Virus record (IMG/VR): IMGVR_UViG_3300012286_000299
Coordinates: 109,277-173,276 of that record
Length of the DNA: 64,000 nt
Strand: one strand, 5' to 3'
Source: a virus
Lineage: Duplodnaviria > Heunggongvirae > Uroviricota > Caudoviricetes
This document shows, piece after piece, positions 1 to 8,763 of this stretch; the first letter of the stretch is position 1, and each line of letters starts with the position of its first letter. Below the pieces are notes generated by a model. It was given only the letters and a program-made list of their open reading frames with translations, was not told where the DNA came from and made no database searches. The position numbers and the translations under genes are program-made.

Positions 1-1
1 T

Positions 2-1111
2 GAATATGGTCGTGTTGATTCTTCAAGTACTAAACTAACTAAATCTATGTCACAATGGGGTTCTATCTACCGTGAAAAAACTAAAAAAGGTTACAAAGAT
101 ATAACTCATTTAGTTACTGAAAAGGTAGAAGATGATTCTACAGATGAAGTAGATGAAGTATTAGCAAAATTAGATGAAGCTAAAGTAAATGCTTTTCTAG
201 ATTTAATGCAAAAGTATACTGATGGGTTAGTTAAAAATACTTATTCGGTTACTTATAAAAGTGTAACAGTTGAGCAAGTTAAAAAAGCACAGGATATCTT
301 AAATGAATTCGATGACATTAATAAAAGCGATGAGAAGGCTGTAAACGAAAAGTTAATCGAGTTATACACTGTTATTCCCCGAAGAATGGGTAAGGTTGGT
401 GATTATTTATTACCAAGATTAGATTTAGATAAAGCCTTAGAAAAAGAACAAGATAACATTGACGCGATGTCTTCTAAAGTTCAAATGTACGAGCAAGAGA
501 AAGAAAACTCTAAACAAAATAAGGATAAAAAAGAGAAACCAAAACAAACAATGTTGGATGTTTTAGGATTATCTAAAATGGTTGAAACTAAATCTAATTC
601 TGATTTAAAGTACTTAATTGATCAAATTGGTGGTAGTAGAAGAGTTGAAGGTATATTTGAATTAGTTAAACCTGAAGAAGATAAATCATTTGATAAGTGG
701 ATGAGTGGGCAGAAAAATGTTCAAACACGAACTTTAATTCATGGAACTAGATGTTCATCAGTATTATCAATTCTTAAACAAGGTTTGAAAATCAGACCTT
801 CAGGTAACTTCCAATTTTCAGGTAAAGTATATGGGAATGGTAATTACTTCTCAGAAGTAGTACAAAAATCCTTAGGTTATACTGGATATGATAATGATAA
901 AATATTATTAGTATACGAAGTACATACAGGTAATCCATTTGTTTATGATGGTTGGTATAGAGGTAATTCATTTACTTTAGATTACAAAAACTTACAACAA
1001 CGTGGATTTGATTCAACTTACGTTAAAGCAGGTAATGGATTATTAAACAGTGAAATTATTGCCTATAAAGAGGAACAATGTAGAATTAAATATATAATTT
1101 GGTTAAAATAA
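2..1111 (+). CDS. WGR-domain / PARP-like ADP-ribosyltransferase (5' end runs off the window)
   Basis: The frame stays open upstream of the Met at 47 back to nt 2 (EYGRVDSSS...KTKKGY looks like the tail of a WGR domain). The C-terminal half carries PARP H-Y-E triad contexts: LIHGTR, GNGNYFSE, LLNSEIIAY. Confidence 0.75.
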   Translation, partial: EYGRVDSSSTKLTKSMSQWGSIYREKTKKGYKDITHLVTEKVEDDSTDEVDEVLAKLDEAKVNAFLDLMQKYTDGLVKNTYSVTYKSVTVEQVKKAQDILNEFDDINKSDEKAVNEKLIELYTVIPRRMGKVGDYLLPRLDLDKALEKEQDNIDAMSSKVQMYEQEKENSKQNKDKKEKPKQTMLDVLGLSKMVETKSNSDLKYLIDQIGGSRRVEGIFELVKPEEDKSFDKWMSGQKNVQTRTLIHGTRCSSVLSILKQGLKIRPSGNFQFSGKVYGNGNYFSEVVQKSLGYTGYDNDKILLVYEVHTGNPFVYDGWYRGNSFTLDYKNLQQRGFDSTYVKAGNGLLNSEIIAYKEEQCRIKYIIWLK

Positions 1112-1139
1112 TAAGAACTTAATAAAAACTATAAGTAAT

Positions 1140-1712
1140 ATGAAAACAAGTAAGATTAACAAAGTGTTTAAAGTAGCAAAAGGTTTGTGTAAAGCAAATA
1201 ACACAGTAACTACTCTAGAAATTAAAAATGAATTGAGAAAAAAATACTCAAAAAGAAATTGGAGACAAGATGAAATTTCTCAAGTTATGGCTGATTTCTA
1301 TTTAGAGGGTAAATTTGATTACTTAGATAATGGTACATTCAGAGTGTATTCATTAGCAGGCACTAACCCAACATCAGCTCCAGCTACACAATCTACTGTA
1401 GTAAATAAAGTTGCAAAAGTAAAAGCACCAAAAGCTCCATTAACTACACAAAGAATTTCACGTACTAAAGCTTTGGATGTTATTCAAAACTCAAATGGTA
1501 AATTCTTCACAGTAACTTTCATTAAAAAAGATGGTTCACAACGTGTAATGAATGGTCAACATACATCAGATATGGGAGTAAGTCCATTAGGTTATATTTT
1601 AGTAAAAGATATGACAGCGGTACGTAAAAAAGAAACTTCAACTGTTAAAAGTGTAAATTTACAAACTATCGAAAGCATTAAATTAAATAATGTGTTGTTT
1701 AAAGTAGATTAA
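1140..1712 (+). CDS. hypothetical protein with a basic Ala/Pro/Lys linker and a small C-terminal barrel-like domain
   Basis: ORF track. Linker is VAKVKAPKAP. FFTVTFIKKDGSQRVMNG is reminiscent of WYL_2/DUF2693-type SH3 barrels (tentative). Confidence 0.6.
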   Translation: MKTSKINKVFKVAKGLCKANNTVTTLEIKNELRKKYSKRNWRQDEISQVMADFYLEGKFDYLDNGTFRVYSLAGTNPTSAPATQSTVVNKVAKVKAPKAPLTTQRISRTKALDVIQNSNGKFFTVTFIKKDGSQRVMNGQHTSDMGVSPLGYILVKDMTAVRKKETSTVKSVNLQTIESIKLNNVLFKVD

Positions 1713-1730
1713 ATTTTAAAAATTATTCAA

Positions 1731-1758
1731 AGAGAGCTTGCTTACGCAAGCTCTTTTT
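1731..1758 (+). terminator. rho-independent terminator
   Basis: 9-bp stem AGAGCTTGC / GCAAGCTCT with loop TTAC, followed by a T run. Confidence 0.75.
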
Positions 1759-1768
1759 CGTATATTTA
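1738..1768 (+). promoter_or_regulatory. promoter, TTG-N20-TATATTTA
   Basis: TTG at 1738-1740. The 20-nt spacer contains the terminator 3' arm. TTCG-TATATTTA core. Precedes ORF 1794. Confidence 0.65.
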
Positions 1769-1793
1769 AGTATATTAATTTAAAATAAAGGTT

Positions 1794-2054
1794 ATGAAGT
1801 TTTTAAGATTTCTTTTTGGAGTTCTGATAATGCCTGTAATAGGTTGTTTAGAAATTTTTCTAGCAATAATGTTTCTATGTTGGGCATTTAGTGGATTTGG
1901 GTTAATTATGATAGCTATAGATTATACTGATCATAATCATCATTTTACTTGGGTAGGGTATAGTTTAATGGTTTTAGATGCTATAATATTAATACTGTTT
2001 CTATATGAGCATGTAACAAATGTTTACGAAAAAGTTTATAAAAATCAAAATTAA
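1794..2054 (+). CDS. small membrane protein
   Basis: ORF track; two long hydrophobic segments. Confidence 0.65.
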   Translation: MKFLRFLFGVLIMPVIGCLEIFLAIMFLCWAFSGFGLIMIAIDYTDHNHHFTWVGYSLMVLDAIILILFLYEHVTNVYEKVYKNQN

Positions 2055-2059
2055 AAGTT

Positions 2060-2413
2060 ATGTTTAAAAAATTATTCGCTTACAAACCAACAGAGCAAGA
2101 ACAGCAGTTTATAGACATTGTTAAAGATTTATTAAATCATCCTGACACTGTAGTGAGAATGTCTTTTTATTCAAGAAAGTACTTTTTGACTAACGAGAAA
2201 AAGCATTACTATATGATGCTACAATGGCCAAATGTACAAGTAACTAATACTAAGTTTTCATTTTGTAAATCAATGCATCCAAAAGCATATGATATAATTT
2301 TAAAATTAGTACATGATTATATTGAAAAAGATCGTCAAGCGTTAGAAGATCATATTTTTGCAAACGAAAATAAAATGCTTGAACAAGTAAGAACTAAATT
2401 ACAATTAGCATAA
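2060..2413 (+). CDS. hypothetical protein
   Basis: ORF track; co-oriented and tightly packed; no motif recognised. Confidence 0.6.
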   Translation: MFKKLFAYKPTEQEQQFIDIVKDLLNHPDTVVRMSFYSRKYFLTNEKKHYYMMLQWPNVQVTNTKFSFCKSMHPKAYDIILKLVHDYIEKDRQALEDHIFANENKMLEQVRTKLQLA

Positions 2414-2652
2414 TGTATACAAAAAATATTTACATAGAAGGATTTTTAACTCGTAATGGGTTTAAAAAAATGAATGAAAATGATTTTGCTAATATGAAAT
2501 GTGTTGTAAAAGTTTTTCCCAAATATTATGAAATAGTATTTAATGATGATGAATTTGGGGAAATGACAATGTATACTGATAATATTTCAATACCTCAATT
2601 AGTAGGTATTTTAACTTGGCACGGTTTAATTGATAAAGATTACAATAAATAA
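2413..2652 (+). CDS. hypothetical protein
   Basis: ORF track; TAATG stop/start coupling to the upstream ORF. Confidence 0.6.
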   Translation: MYTKNIYIEGFLTRNGFKKMNENDFANMKCVVKVFPKYYEIVFNDDEFGEMTMYTDNISIPQLVGILTWHGLIDKDYNK

Positions 2653-2927
2653 TGAGAGTAAAACATAGTAAATTTAAAGATTGTGAATTTGTCGTTAGTG
2701 TTGATACTGATGGTAAAAGTTTTACATTAGTAAAAGATCCTTATCCGGCTTATGATGTTAAACCTGATTACTACATTTATTGGAGAAATATAGGAGAAGA
2801 TATTAGAACAGCAGGAAGAACATTATTACGTACTCCTTCAGGACGTAAAGTATCACAAAGTAGAGCTACTAAAATATTACATAATATGATAGCAGCATCA
2901 AAACAACTAACATTTAGCAAATTATAA
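2652..2927 (+). CDS. hypothetical protein
   Basis: ORF track; TAATG coupling. Confidence 0.6.
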   Translation: MRVKHSKFKDCEFVVSVDTDGKSFTLVKDPYPAYDVKPDYYIYWRNIGEDIRTAGRTLLRTPSGRKVSQSRATKILHNMIAASKQLTFSKL

Positions 2928-3160
2928 TGGCAGCACTATCAGACAACAAATACGATGTATTTAATTGGATTATAAAAGTTTATGATTCATGTGAGAATGT
3001 ATCTCAAATAATAACAACAGAAAAATTAATTCGAAACTTTTATAAAATGTACGACGATTATACTTTGTATGATAAGTTACAGGACTATTATTTCGAAGTA
3101 TCAGAAAGACTACAACAAAAAGTAGATAAAAAGACTAGAAAACAAATACTAAAAGGATAA
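2927..3160 (+). CDS. hypothetical protein
   Basis: ORF track; TAATG coupling. Confidence 0.6.
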   Translation: MAALSDNKYDVFNWIIKVYDSCENVSQIITTEKLIRNFYKMYDDYTLYDKLQDYYFEVSERLQQKVDKKTRKQILKG

Positions 3161-3163
3161 ATT

Positions 3164-3565
3164 ATGACATTTATACAGAAATACGTAGACTTTATCTTAG
3201 ATAACATCATACAGGATAATATAAGAGTTCAGCTTTACAAACCTTTTGAAGATGGTTCAAGAATGATTACAAAGATAGGACCTACAGTACATTGTAAAGT
3301 AAAGATTGAAGTAATTGAAAAGTATACACGATCTGCTAAACTAAAACTGACCTTTGATAAATACGAAATCGAAGAACTATTCTTCATACCTTTCAGCTCA
3401 AGTCCAGAATCAATTGAAGGTAAGACACGAACTAAAATTGAAAAGATCGTAAATCAAACTTTCATTGACGATAACAGAACTGAGGATATAAAGCAGATGT
3501 ACGAACAACAACACAAGTTATTAGGAGAAGCACTATCAAAAATAGTAGGTAAGAAAAAAATATGA
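3164..3565 (+). CDS. hypothetical protein
   Basis: ORF track; no motif recognised. Confidence 0.6.
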   Translation: MTFIQKYVDFILDNIIQDNIRVQLYKPFEDGSRMITKIGPTVHCKVKIEVIEKYTRSAKLKLTFDKYEIEELFFIPFSSSPESIEGKTRTKIEKIVNQTFIDDNRTEDIKQMYEQQHKLLGEALSKIVGKKKI

Positions 3566-3912
3566 AGCTAGATAAACAACTCACAACATTAAATCAAGTT
3601 GCTGGTGCTATGTTTTTAGCCAACTCTAGATTTAAAACACAAGCCCATATATCTTCTCAAATGCTAAATCCTGAATGCAATGTAGATCATGAGGAAAGAG
3701 TTAGATATGAAATAATACAAAATCTATCAAAGCATGCAGTTGATACTTTCTCCAAAGAAATTAAAAAACAACAAGTACATGATGGAGAAGTACATTCACT
3801 TGAATTATTTATATTTCCAACTGAAGCATTAAAACTAGCAGTAGAGTACATTATTTCAGAAATGCCACAATCAGAAATAGACAGAATAAGAACAACACCA
3901 ATTTTTATTTAA
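3562..3912 (+). CDS. hypothetical protein
   Basis: ORF track; ATGA overlap with the upstream ORF. Confidence 0.6.
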   Translation: MKLDKQLTTLNQVAGAMFLANSRFKTQAHISSQMLNPECNVDHEERVRYEIIQNLSKHAVDTFSKEIKKQQVHDGEVHSLELFIFPTEALKLAVEYIISEMPQSEIDRIRTTPIFI

Positions 3913-3939
3913 GATTAAGTAAAATAAAATGGAAAAAGT

Positions 3940-3970
3940 TTGCTTATTTAGATTTTTCTTCGTATATTTA
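3940..3970 (+). promoter_or_regulatory. promoter, TTG-N20-TATATTTA
   Basis: TTG at 3940-3942 and a TTCGTATATTTA core. Precedes ORF 4003. Confidence 0.65.
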
Positions 3971-4002
3971 AGTATTATAAATTTAAAAAATAAATAAAAA
4001 TT

Positions 4003-4170
4003 ATGAAAAACATACACATAATACCAACTACAAAGTCAAATAAGTTGTATAAAAATCTATTAACAGATAAATTATTTATTTTAGAAAATTCATTTATGGA
4101 TGTTTCTGAATGTAATAGAGAATATCAAAACATCTACATCACTTCTGATGAAGAAATTAAAGAAGGAGAT
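4003..4170 (+). repeat. dispersed direct repeat (copy 1), high nucleotide identity to 5706-5873
   Basis: Aligned by eye with only scattered substitutions. Includes the ATG and part of the upstream AAATAAATAA leader. Confidence 0.8.
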
Positions 4171-4953
4171 TATGGATTAATAGTAAATGAAGTATTATCA
4201 TATAGTCAAATGCACAAAAAATGGGGTATACCACAAGGTAAAAAAATCATTCTAACAACAGACCAAGACTTAATCAAAGATGGTGTACAACCTATTGATG
4301 ATGAGTTTTTAGAATGGTTTGTTAATAATCCAAGTTGTGAAAGTGTTGAGATTGAAGAATTATGTGGTGGATGTGGCAGTAATGATGGGGACTGTTGGAG
4401 AAGTAAAGAGTGTAATAAAGGGTATTATAAAAATAAATACAAAATAATCATTTCAAAAAAAGAACCTAAACAAGACATAAACACTTGTAAAAACTTTGAT
4501 AGAGAAATTGGTTGTGATTTAGCAGATTGTCTTTGTGAAAAAGAAGAACCTACTCAAGAACTAGCTAAAACAGAAATTGATTGGTCAGGTTTTCCAAAAT
4601 CAACACAAGAACAAGTTGGTTTTACTGAACCAAATATCATTGATGAATGGTTAGATAAAAATGGTAGTCCAGAAATTGCTAAACAAGTTGATGAAGAAGC
4701 AAAAGAGTTATGTGAACAAGAAACACTTGAAGAAGCTTTGGAAAGATTATCTTTAACAGATACTAAAAAATTAAGTATATTTTTAGATGGAATGAGGTAT
4801 CAACAAGAAAGAAGTTATAGTGAGGAAGAAGTTAAAATAATGTACAGAAGTTTATGGACTCCGAAGGATTTTGGGTTTTATAGTTCTTATGAAATGGAAA
4901 GTAATTTTGAAGACGATTTTAATTTATGGTTTGAACAATTTAAAAAGAAATAA
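4003..4953 (+). CDS. hypothetical Cys-rich protein (paralogue A of ORF 5706)
   Basis: ORF track. The N-terminal ~56 aa are near-identical to ORF 5706. Central CGGCGSNDGDCWRSKEC. Shares KEEPTQEL.KTEIDWSG with the paralogue. Confidence 0.7.
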   Translation: MKNIHIIPTTKSNKLYKNLLTDKLFILENSFMDVSECNREYQNIYITSDEEIKEGDYGLIVNEVLSYSQMHKKWGIPQGKKIILTTDQDLIKDGVQPIDDEFLEWFVNNPSCESVEIEELCGGCGSNDGDCWRSKECNKGYYKNKYKIIISKKEPKQDINTCKNFDREIGCDLADCLCEKEEPTQELAKTEIDWSGFPKSTQEQVGFTEPNIIDEWLDKNGSPEIAKQVDEEAKELCEQETLEEALERLSLTDTKKLSIFLDGMRYQQERSYSEEEVKIMYRSLWTPKDFGFYSSYEMESNFEDDFNLWFEQFKKK

Positions 4954-4954
4954 G

Positions 4955-5191
4955 ATGAAACAAACAGCAGTAGAATATTTAGAAAAAGAATTTAATACGT
5001 ATGGAACATTATTAAATGCTGATTTTATAAACGCAAAAGCAATGGAAAAGCAACAACAAGGCTATAGTGAAAATGAAGTTGAATTAATTGCTAATGAAAT
5101 GGTAAATTGGGCTATTGATAATATTGGTAATCCAAACCCTCAAAGTGGTAAAAAGTTTGATGAAGTTTTGGCTAAATATAAAAACAAATAA
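4955..5191 (+). CDS. hypothetical protein
   Basis: The ORF-track frame 4871-5191 was trimmed to the first non-overlapping ATG (MKQTAVEYL), 1 nt after the upstream stop. Confidence 0.55.
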   Translation: MKQTAVEYLEKEFNTYGTLLNADFINAKAMEKQQQGYSENEVELIANEMVNWAIDNIGNPNPQSGKKFDEVLAKYKNK

Positions 5192-5196
5192 AAATT

Positions 5197-5547
5197 ATGA
5201 AAACAGAAATTGCAGAATTAGAAATTAACCAACTAAAATCAGAAGGATTAAATTTTGATTATGAGTTTACACAAAAAAATTATCTTAATTACTTAAACTT
5301 GTGTATTGAAAAAGAAGGTTATGATATAAAAACAATTATATCAAAATTAAAACAAAATGAGAAAATTATTTTTTCACTTAATTTAGGTGATAACTTCAAT
5401 GGTTCAAAAGACCAAAAAAAAGGTAGCATTTATTGGAAACACCCACAATATGGTTTGTGCATTAGAGTTCAGTCAAGTGAAAAAAGTTTACAAGAATGGT
5501 CTTATGAATTAGAAAAAACATTTTCCTTAACTCCTTCTAACATATAA
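5197..5547 (+). CDS. hypothetical protein
   Basis: ORF track; no motif recognised. Confidence 0.6.
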   Translation: MKTEIAELEINQLKSEGLNFDYEFTQKNYLNYLNLCIEKEGYDIKTIISKLKQNEKIIFSLNLGDNFNGSKDQKKGSIYWKHPQYGLCIRVQSSEKSLQEWSYELEKTFSLTPSNI

Positions 5548-5705
5548 AAACAAATAAAATGAATAAACAAAATTTTTTTTTATCCTAAGAAAAATAATTG
5601 GGATATTGGGTGGCCTTGCTCTCCAAGATTTTTTAGTCTTTTAGTTTTAGGTATGACAGTGGTGATTTTAATATTAACTAATAACTTTTAAAAATAAATA
5701 AGATT

Positions 5706-5873
5706 ATGAAAAACATACACATATTATCAACAGATAAACCAAGTAGGTTGTATAGAAATCTATTAACAGACAAATTATTCATTTTAGAAAATTCAGTTAT
5801 GGATGTTTCTGAATGTAATAGAGAATACCAAAACATCTACATCACTAATGATGAAGAAATTAAAGATGGTGAT
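5706..5873 (+). repeat. dispersed direct repeat (copy 2) of 4003-4170
   Basis: See copy 1. Confidence 0.8.
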
Positions 5874-6194
5874 TGGTTTTTAACTCCGATGAATGATTTA
5901 GAATATGCAAATAAGGAATGGATAATTACTATTTCAAAATTTATACCTAAAACTAATTTTAAAAAAATCATCCTAACAACAGACCAAGATTTAGATGGAA
6001 TACAAGCTATTGATTATGAGTTTTTAGAATGGTTTTGTAAAAATAGTAGTTGTGAGTTTGTTGAGGTTCAAAAAGGATTTGCTGATGGAAGTAATTATGG
6101 TTATAACTTTCTTGATTACAAAATAATCATTACAAAAGAAGAACCTACTCAAGAACTTCCTAAAACAGAAATTGATTGGTCAGGACAAAACTAG
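5706..6194 (+). CDS. truncated paralogue B of ORF 4003
   Basis: Same N-terminus as ORF 4003 but lacks the Cys-rich insert. Homology breaks directly after EIDWSG, then QN-stop. Confidence 0.55.
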   Translation: MKNIHILSTDKPSRLYRNLLTDKLFILENSVMDVSECNREYQNIYITNDEEIKDGDWFLTPMNDLEYANKEWIITISKFIPKTNFKKIILTTDQDLDGIQAIDYEFLEWFCKNSSCEFVEVQKGFADGSNYGYNFLDYKIIITKEEPTQELPKTEIDWSGQN

Positions 6195-6295
6195 CAGCTG
6201 TACACTTAGGATGTGATCCATCAACAATTACAGCTAATTTAAGAGGAATAACAAAAAAAGGATTCGGTTATATATGGAAAAGAAAAACAACATAG
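6176..6295 (+). pseudogene. start-less remnant of a homing-endonuclease C-terminal DNA-binding tail
   Basis: Frame 2 reads LVRTKLAAVHLGCDPSTITANLRGITKKGFGYIWKRKTT-stop with no start codon. It resembles the tail of the intact HNH gene at 25103 (ISEAQRQIGGDIKGALAGRQKTAAGFIWKYKN). It overlaps the thyA-like start. Confidence 0.55.
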
Positions 6296-7509
6296 ATTCT
6301 CAGTATATTAAGCTACTAGAGGATATTTTAGAAAATGGTATTAAAAAACAAACAAGAAATGGTGAAACTATTTCAGTATTCGGAAGACAAATACGTCACG
6401 ATATGAAAGACGGTTTTCCGTTGCTTACAACCAAGAAAATGCCGTTCAAAACAATCGTAACAGAACTTCTTTGGTTCTTACGAGGTGATACCAATATTAA
6501 GTATTTGGTTGATAATAATTGTCATATTTGGGATGGTGATGCTTATAAGAATTATATAAATACCGCACCACCTACATTAGATGGGAAGTATTTATCACAA
6601 CCAGAATTTATTCATTGGATAAAAACAGATGATGAGTTTGCTAAGAAGTGGGGTGAGTTAGGTCCAATTTACGGTAAGCAATGGAGAGATATTCCTGTAA
6701 TAAAAGATGGAGATGTAGAAGGTCATAAGATATTAAGTAGTATAGACCAAATCCAAAACCTAATCAACGACCTTAAAACAAATCCAGACTCAAGACGATT
6801 AATGGTTAATGCTTGGAATGTTGGAGAATTAGACCAAATGGTTCTTCCACCTTGTCATTATGGATTTCAAGTTTATACTAGAGAGTTGACTAAACAGGAA
6901 CGTTGGATGGCTTATTGTAATAAATGTAATGAATTAAAAACAGAATCAATTATAGGTTCTACCGATGATAAAGTAATGGAAAGTTATTATCAAGAATATA
7001 ACATACCAACACGAGCAATCTCTTTAATGTGGAATCAACGTTCAGTGGATACATTCTTAGGTTTACCATTTAATATTGCTTCTTATGGATTGTTGTTGGA
7101 AATCATTGCTGAAATCGTTAACATGGTTCCTGACCAATTGATTGGTAATCTTGGTGATACACACTTGTATTCAAATCATATTGAACAAGCAAAAGAACAG
7201 ATTGGAAGAGAGCTTAATGAAGATGAGAGATATGAATTAGTAACCCAGCAAATGAGTAAACTAAGAGCGATCAGAGATGAAGATTACATTAATTACAATA
7301 TTCCAACTAGAACAAGACAACCTTATTCTTTACCTAAAGTAAGAATCAATACTGAATTCTGGAACCCTGGTACAGAAGATGGATGTGGAATGGGACCAGG
7401 AACTTATACAAAAGATATAGGTGCTCTTGTAGAAGGAATGGAAGTAAATGATTTTCAAATTGAGGATTATCAATCACATCCAACAATCAAAGCACCCTTA
7501 TCAAATTAA
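6274..7509 (+). CDS. thyA: thymidylate synthase (ThyA) family enzyme with large insertions; a dUMP-hydroxymethylase alternative is not excluded
   Basis: Motifs LPPCH, QRSVDTFLGLPFNIASY and GDTHLYSNH. 411 aa against ~264-320 for typical ThyA. Confidence 0.85.
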   Translation: MEKKNNIDSQYIKLLEDILENGIKKQTRNGETISVFGRQIRHDMKDGFPLLTTKKMPFKTIVTELLWFLRGDTNIKYLVDNNCHIWDGDAYKNYINTAPPTLDGKYLSQPEFIHWIKTDDEFAKKWGELGPIYGKQWRDIPVIKDGDVEGHKILSSIDQIQNLINDLKTNPDSRRLMVNAWNVGELDQMVLPPCHYGFQVYTRELTKQERWMAYCNKCNELKTESIIGSTDDKVMESYYQEYNIPTRAISLMWNQRSVDTFLGLPFNIASYGLLLEIIAEIVNMVPDQLIGNLGDTHLYSNHIEQAKEQIGRELNEDERYELVTQQMSKLRAIRDEDYINYNIPTRTRQPYSLPKVRINTEFWNPGTEDGCGMGPGTYTKDIGALVEGMEVNDFQIEDYQSHPTIKAPLSN

Positions 7510-7513
7510 AAAT

Positions 7514-7735
7514 ATGACACGAACTGAAATACACCCAAACACTTTTATATTTAGTGAAATACATGAATTAGAACCAGTTTCTTTAGAAATGGTGGTTGTG
7601 GATAAACAAGATGTTGTGTTATTTGACCATAAACAAGCAGCAGAACAGTTTTTAAATACTTTCCATGAAAAAGTTTGTGATTATTTTTTAATAGAACTAG
7701 TTGAAATAATTCAACAAACTAGATTAAATAAGTAA
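7514..7735 (+). CDS. hypothetical protein
   Basis: The ORF-track frame 7448-7735 was trimmed to the ATG at 7514 (MTRTEIHP), just after the thyA stop. Confidence 0.55.
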   Translation: MTRTEIHPNTFIFSEIHELEPVSLEMVVVDKQDVVLFDHKQAAEQFLNTFHEKVCDYFLIELVEIIQQTRLNK

Positions 7736-7740
7736 TTAAT

Positions 7741-8079
7741 ATGAATTTTATAATAGGGTTTTTATTAGGTTTATTGGCACAAGTATTAACTTTTATACAA
7801 TTACAAGGTCAATTCAAGTTTACTTGGATGAGAGAAAATCCATTTTTTGTAGCATTATTAGGATTACCCATTTCTTATTTATTAATTAAATCTGTTAATA
7901 GATTAGTAATACACTTTGATGGTCAATTATGGCCATCAAGGTTAATGGGTTTTTCAATAGGAGCAATAGTTTTTACTTTAATGTCACGTTGGTTATTTAA
8001 TGAACCCTTTACTTTAAAAACTGTTGTTTGTTTAACATTAGCATTTTGCATATTAATGATTCAATTATTTTGGAAATGA
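7741..8079 (+). CDS. membrane protein
   Basis: ORF track; several hydrophobic helices. Confidence 0.65.
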   Translation: MNFIIGFLLGLLAQVLTFIQLQGQFKFTWMRENPFFVALLGLPISYLLIKSVNRLVIHFDGQLWPSRLMGFSIGAIVFTLMSRWLFNEPFTLKTVVCLTLAFCILMIQLFWK

Positions 8080-8378
8080 AAAATTTAGAAACATGTCACC
8101 ATTGTGGTGAAGAAAAAGAAAACTGTTATCATGGATTTATAGCAATGACTCTTCCAATTCCTGAAGCAGAAGCTAAAAAGGAAAAATGGGGAGGGAAAGA
8201 ATGGTGGAAAAATTTAGAAAGAACAGATCTTACTAAAGAAGAGATGGAAGAGTTAGATGGACTTTGTACGTATGACCAACTACTAAATACAGTTGGAAGA
8301 GGAGTGCAGTGTGATGATTGTGGAAAAAGAGAAGCAGAACTTTATGAAATATATTATCCAAAAAGTTTGGAATCTTAA
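8076..8378 (+). CDS. small zinc-binding-type protein
   Basis: The frame of ORF 8028 was trimmed to the ATGA-coupled ATG at 8076. Two CxxC pairs (CHHCG, CDDCG). Confidence 0.55.
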   Translation: MKNLETCHHCGEEKENCYHGFIAMTLPIPEAEAKKEKWGGKEWWKNLERTDLTKEEMEELDGLCTYDQLLNTVGRGVQCDDCGKREAELYEIYYPKSLES

Positions 8379-8397
8379 AATAAATTTTGTATATTAA
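8367..8397 (+). promoter_or_regulatory. promoter, TTG-N20-TATATTAA
   Basis: TTG at 8367-8369 and a TTTGTATATTAA core. Precedes the small ORF 8414. Confidence 0.55.
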
Positions 8398-8413
8398 ATA
8401 AAAAATAAAAGTT

Positions 8414-8590
8414 ATGTTTGATACAATTTTAAAATGGTGGAACAGAAAGTGGAGTAATTGGGAACTTGATACTCCTGATTGTAAAGTATTTAATGATGAT
8501 TCATCAAAACGGCCTTGGCAGATCTACGATAGATTTAAACGTACATCTAATGATGGGTTAGTAGAGTATAAAAAAGTTATTAAATCATGA
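8414..8590 (+). CDS. hypothetical 58-aa protein (below the ORF-track cutoff)
   Basis: Translated by hand: MFDTILKWWNRKW...KKVIKS. Fills an otherwise empty gap. Confidence 0.5.
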   Translation: MFDTILKWWNRKWSNWELDTPDCKVFNDDSSKRPWQIYDRFKRTSNDGLVEYKKVIKS

Positions 8591-8763
8591 GACAAATAAA
8601 CGACCATATGAAAGACGTAGTAGGTATCGAACCCGTACAAAAACCACAACAACCACAACCTTCATTCAATCCTTTAAAATGGAATTGGACAGCAATTATT
8701 ACATGGGCAATAATGGGATTTATTGCTTTCAATATTTTTAAATACTTATTTAGTTTAATATGA
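8587..8763 (+). CDS. 58-aa membrane protein (below cutoff)
   Basis: ATGA coupling. C-terminal TM segment TAIITWAIMGFIAFNIF. Confidence 0.5.
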   Translation: MRQINDHMKDVVGIEPVQKPQQPQPSFNPLKWNWTAIITWAIMGFIAFNIFKYLFSLI

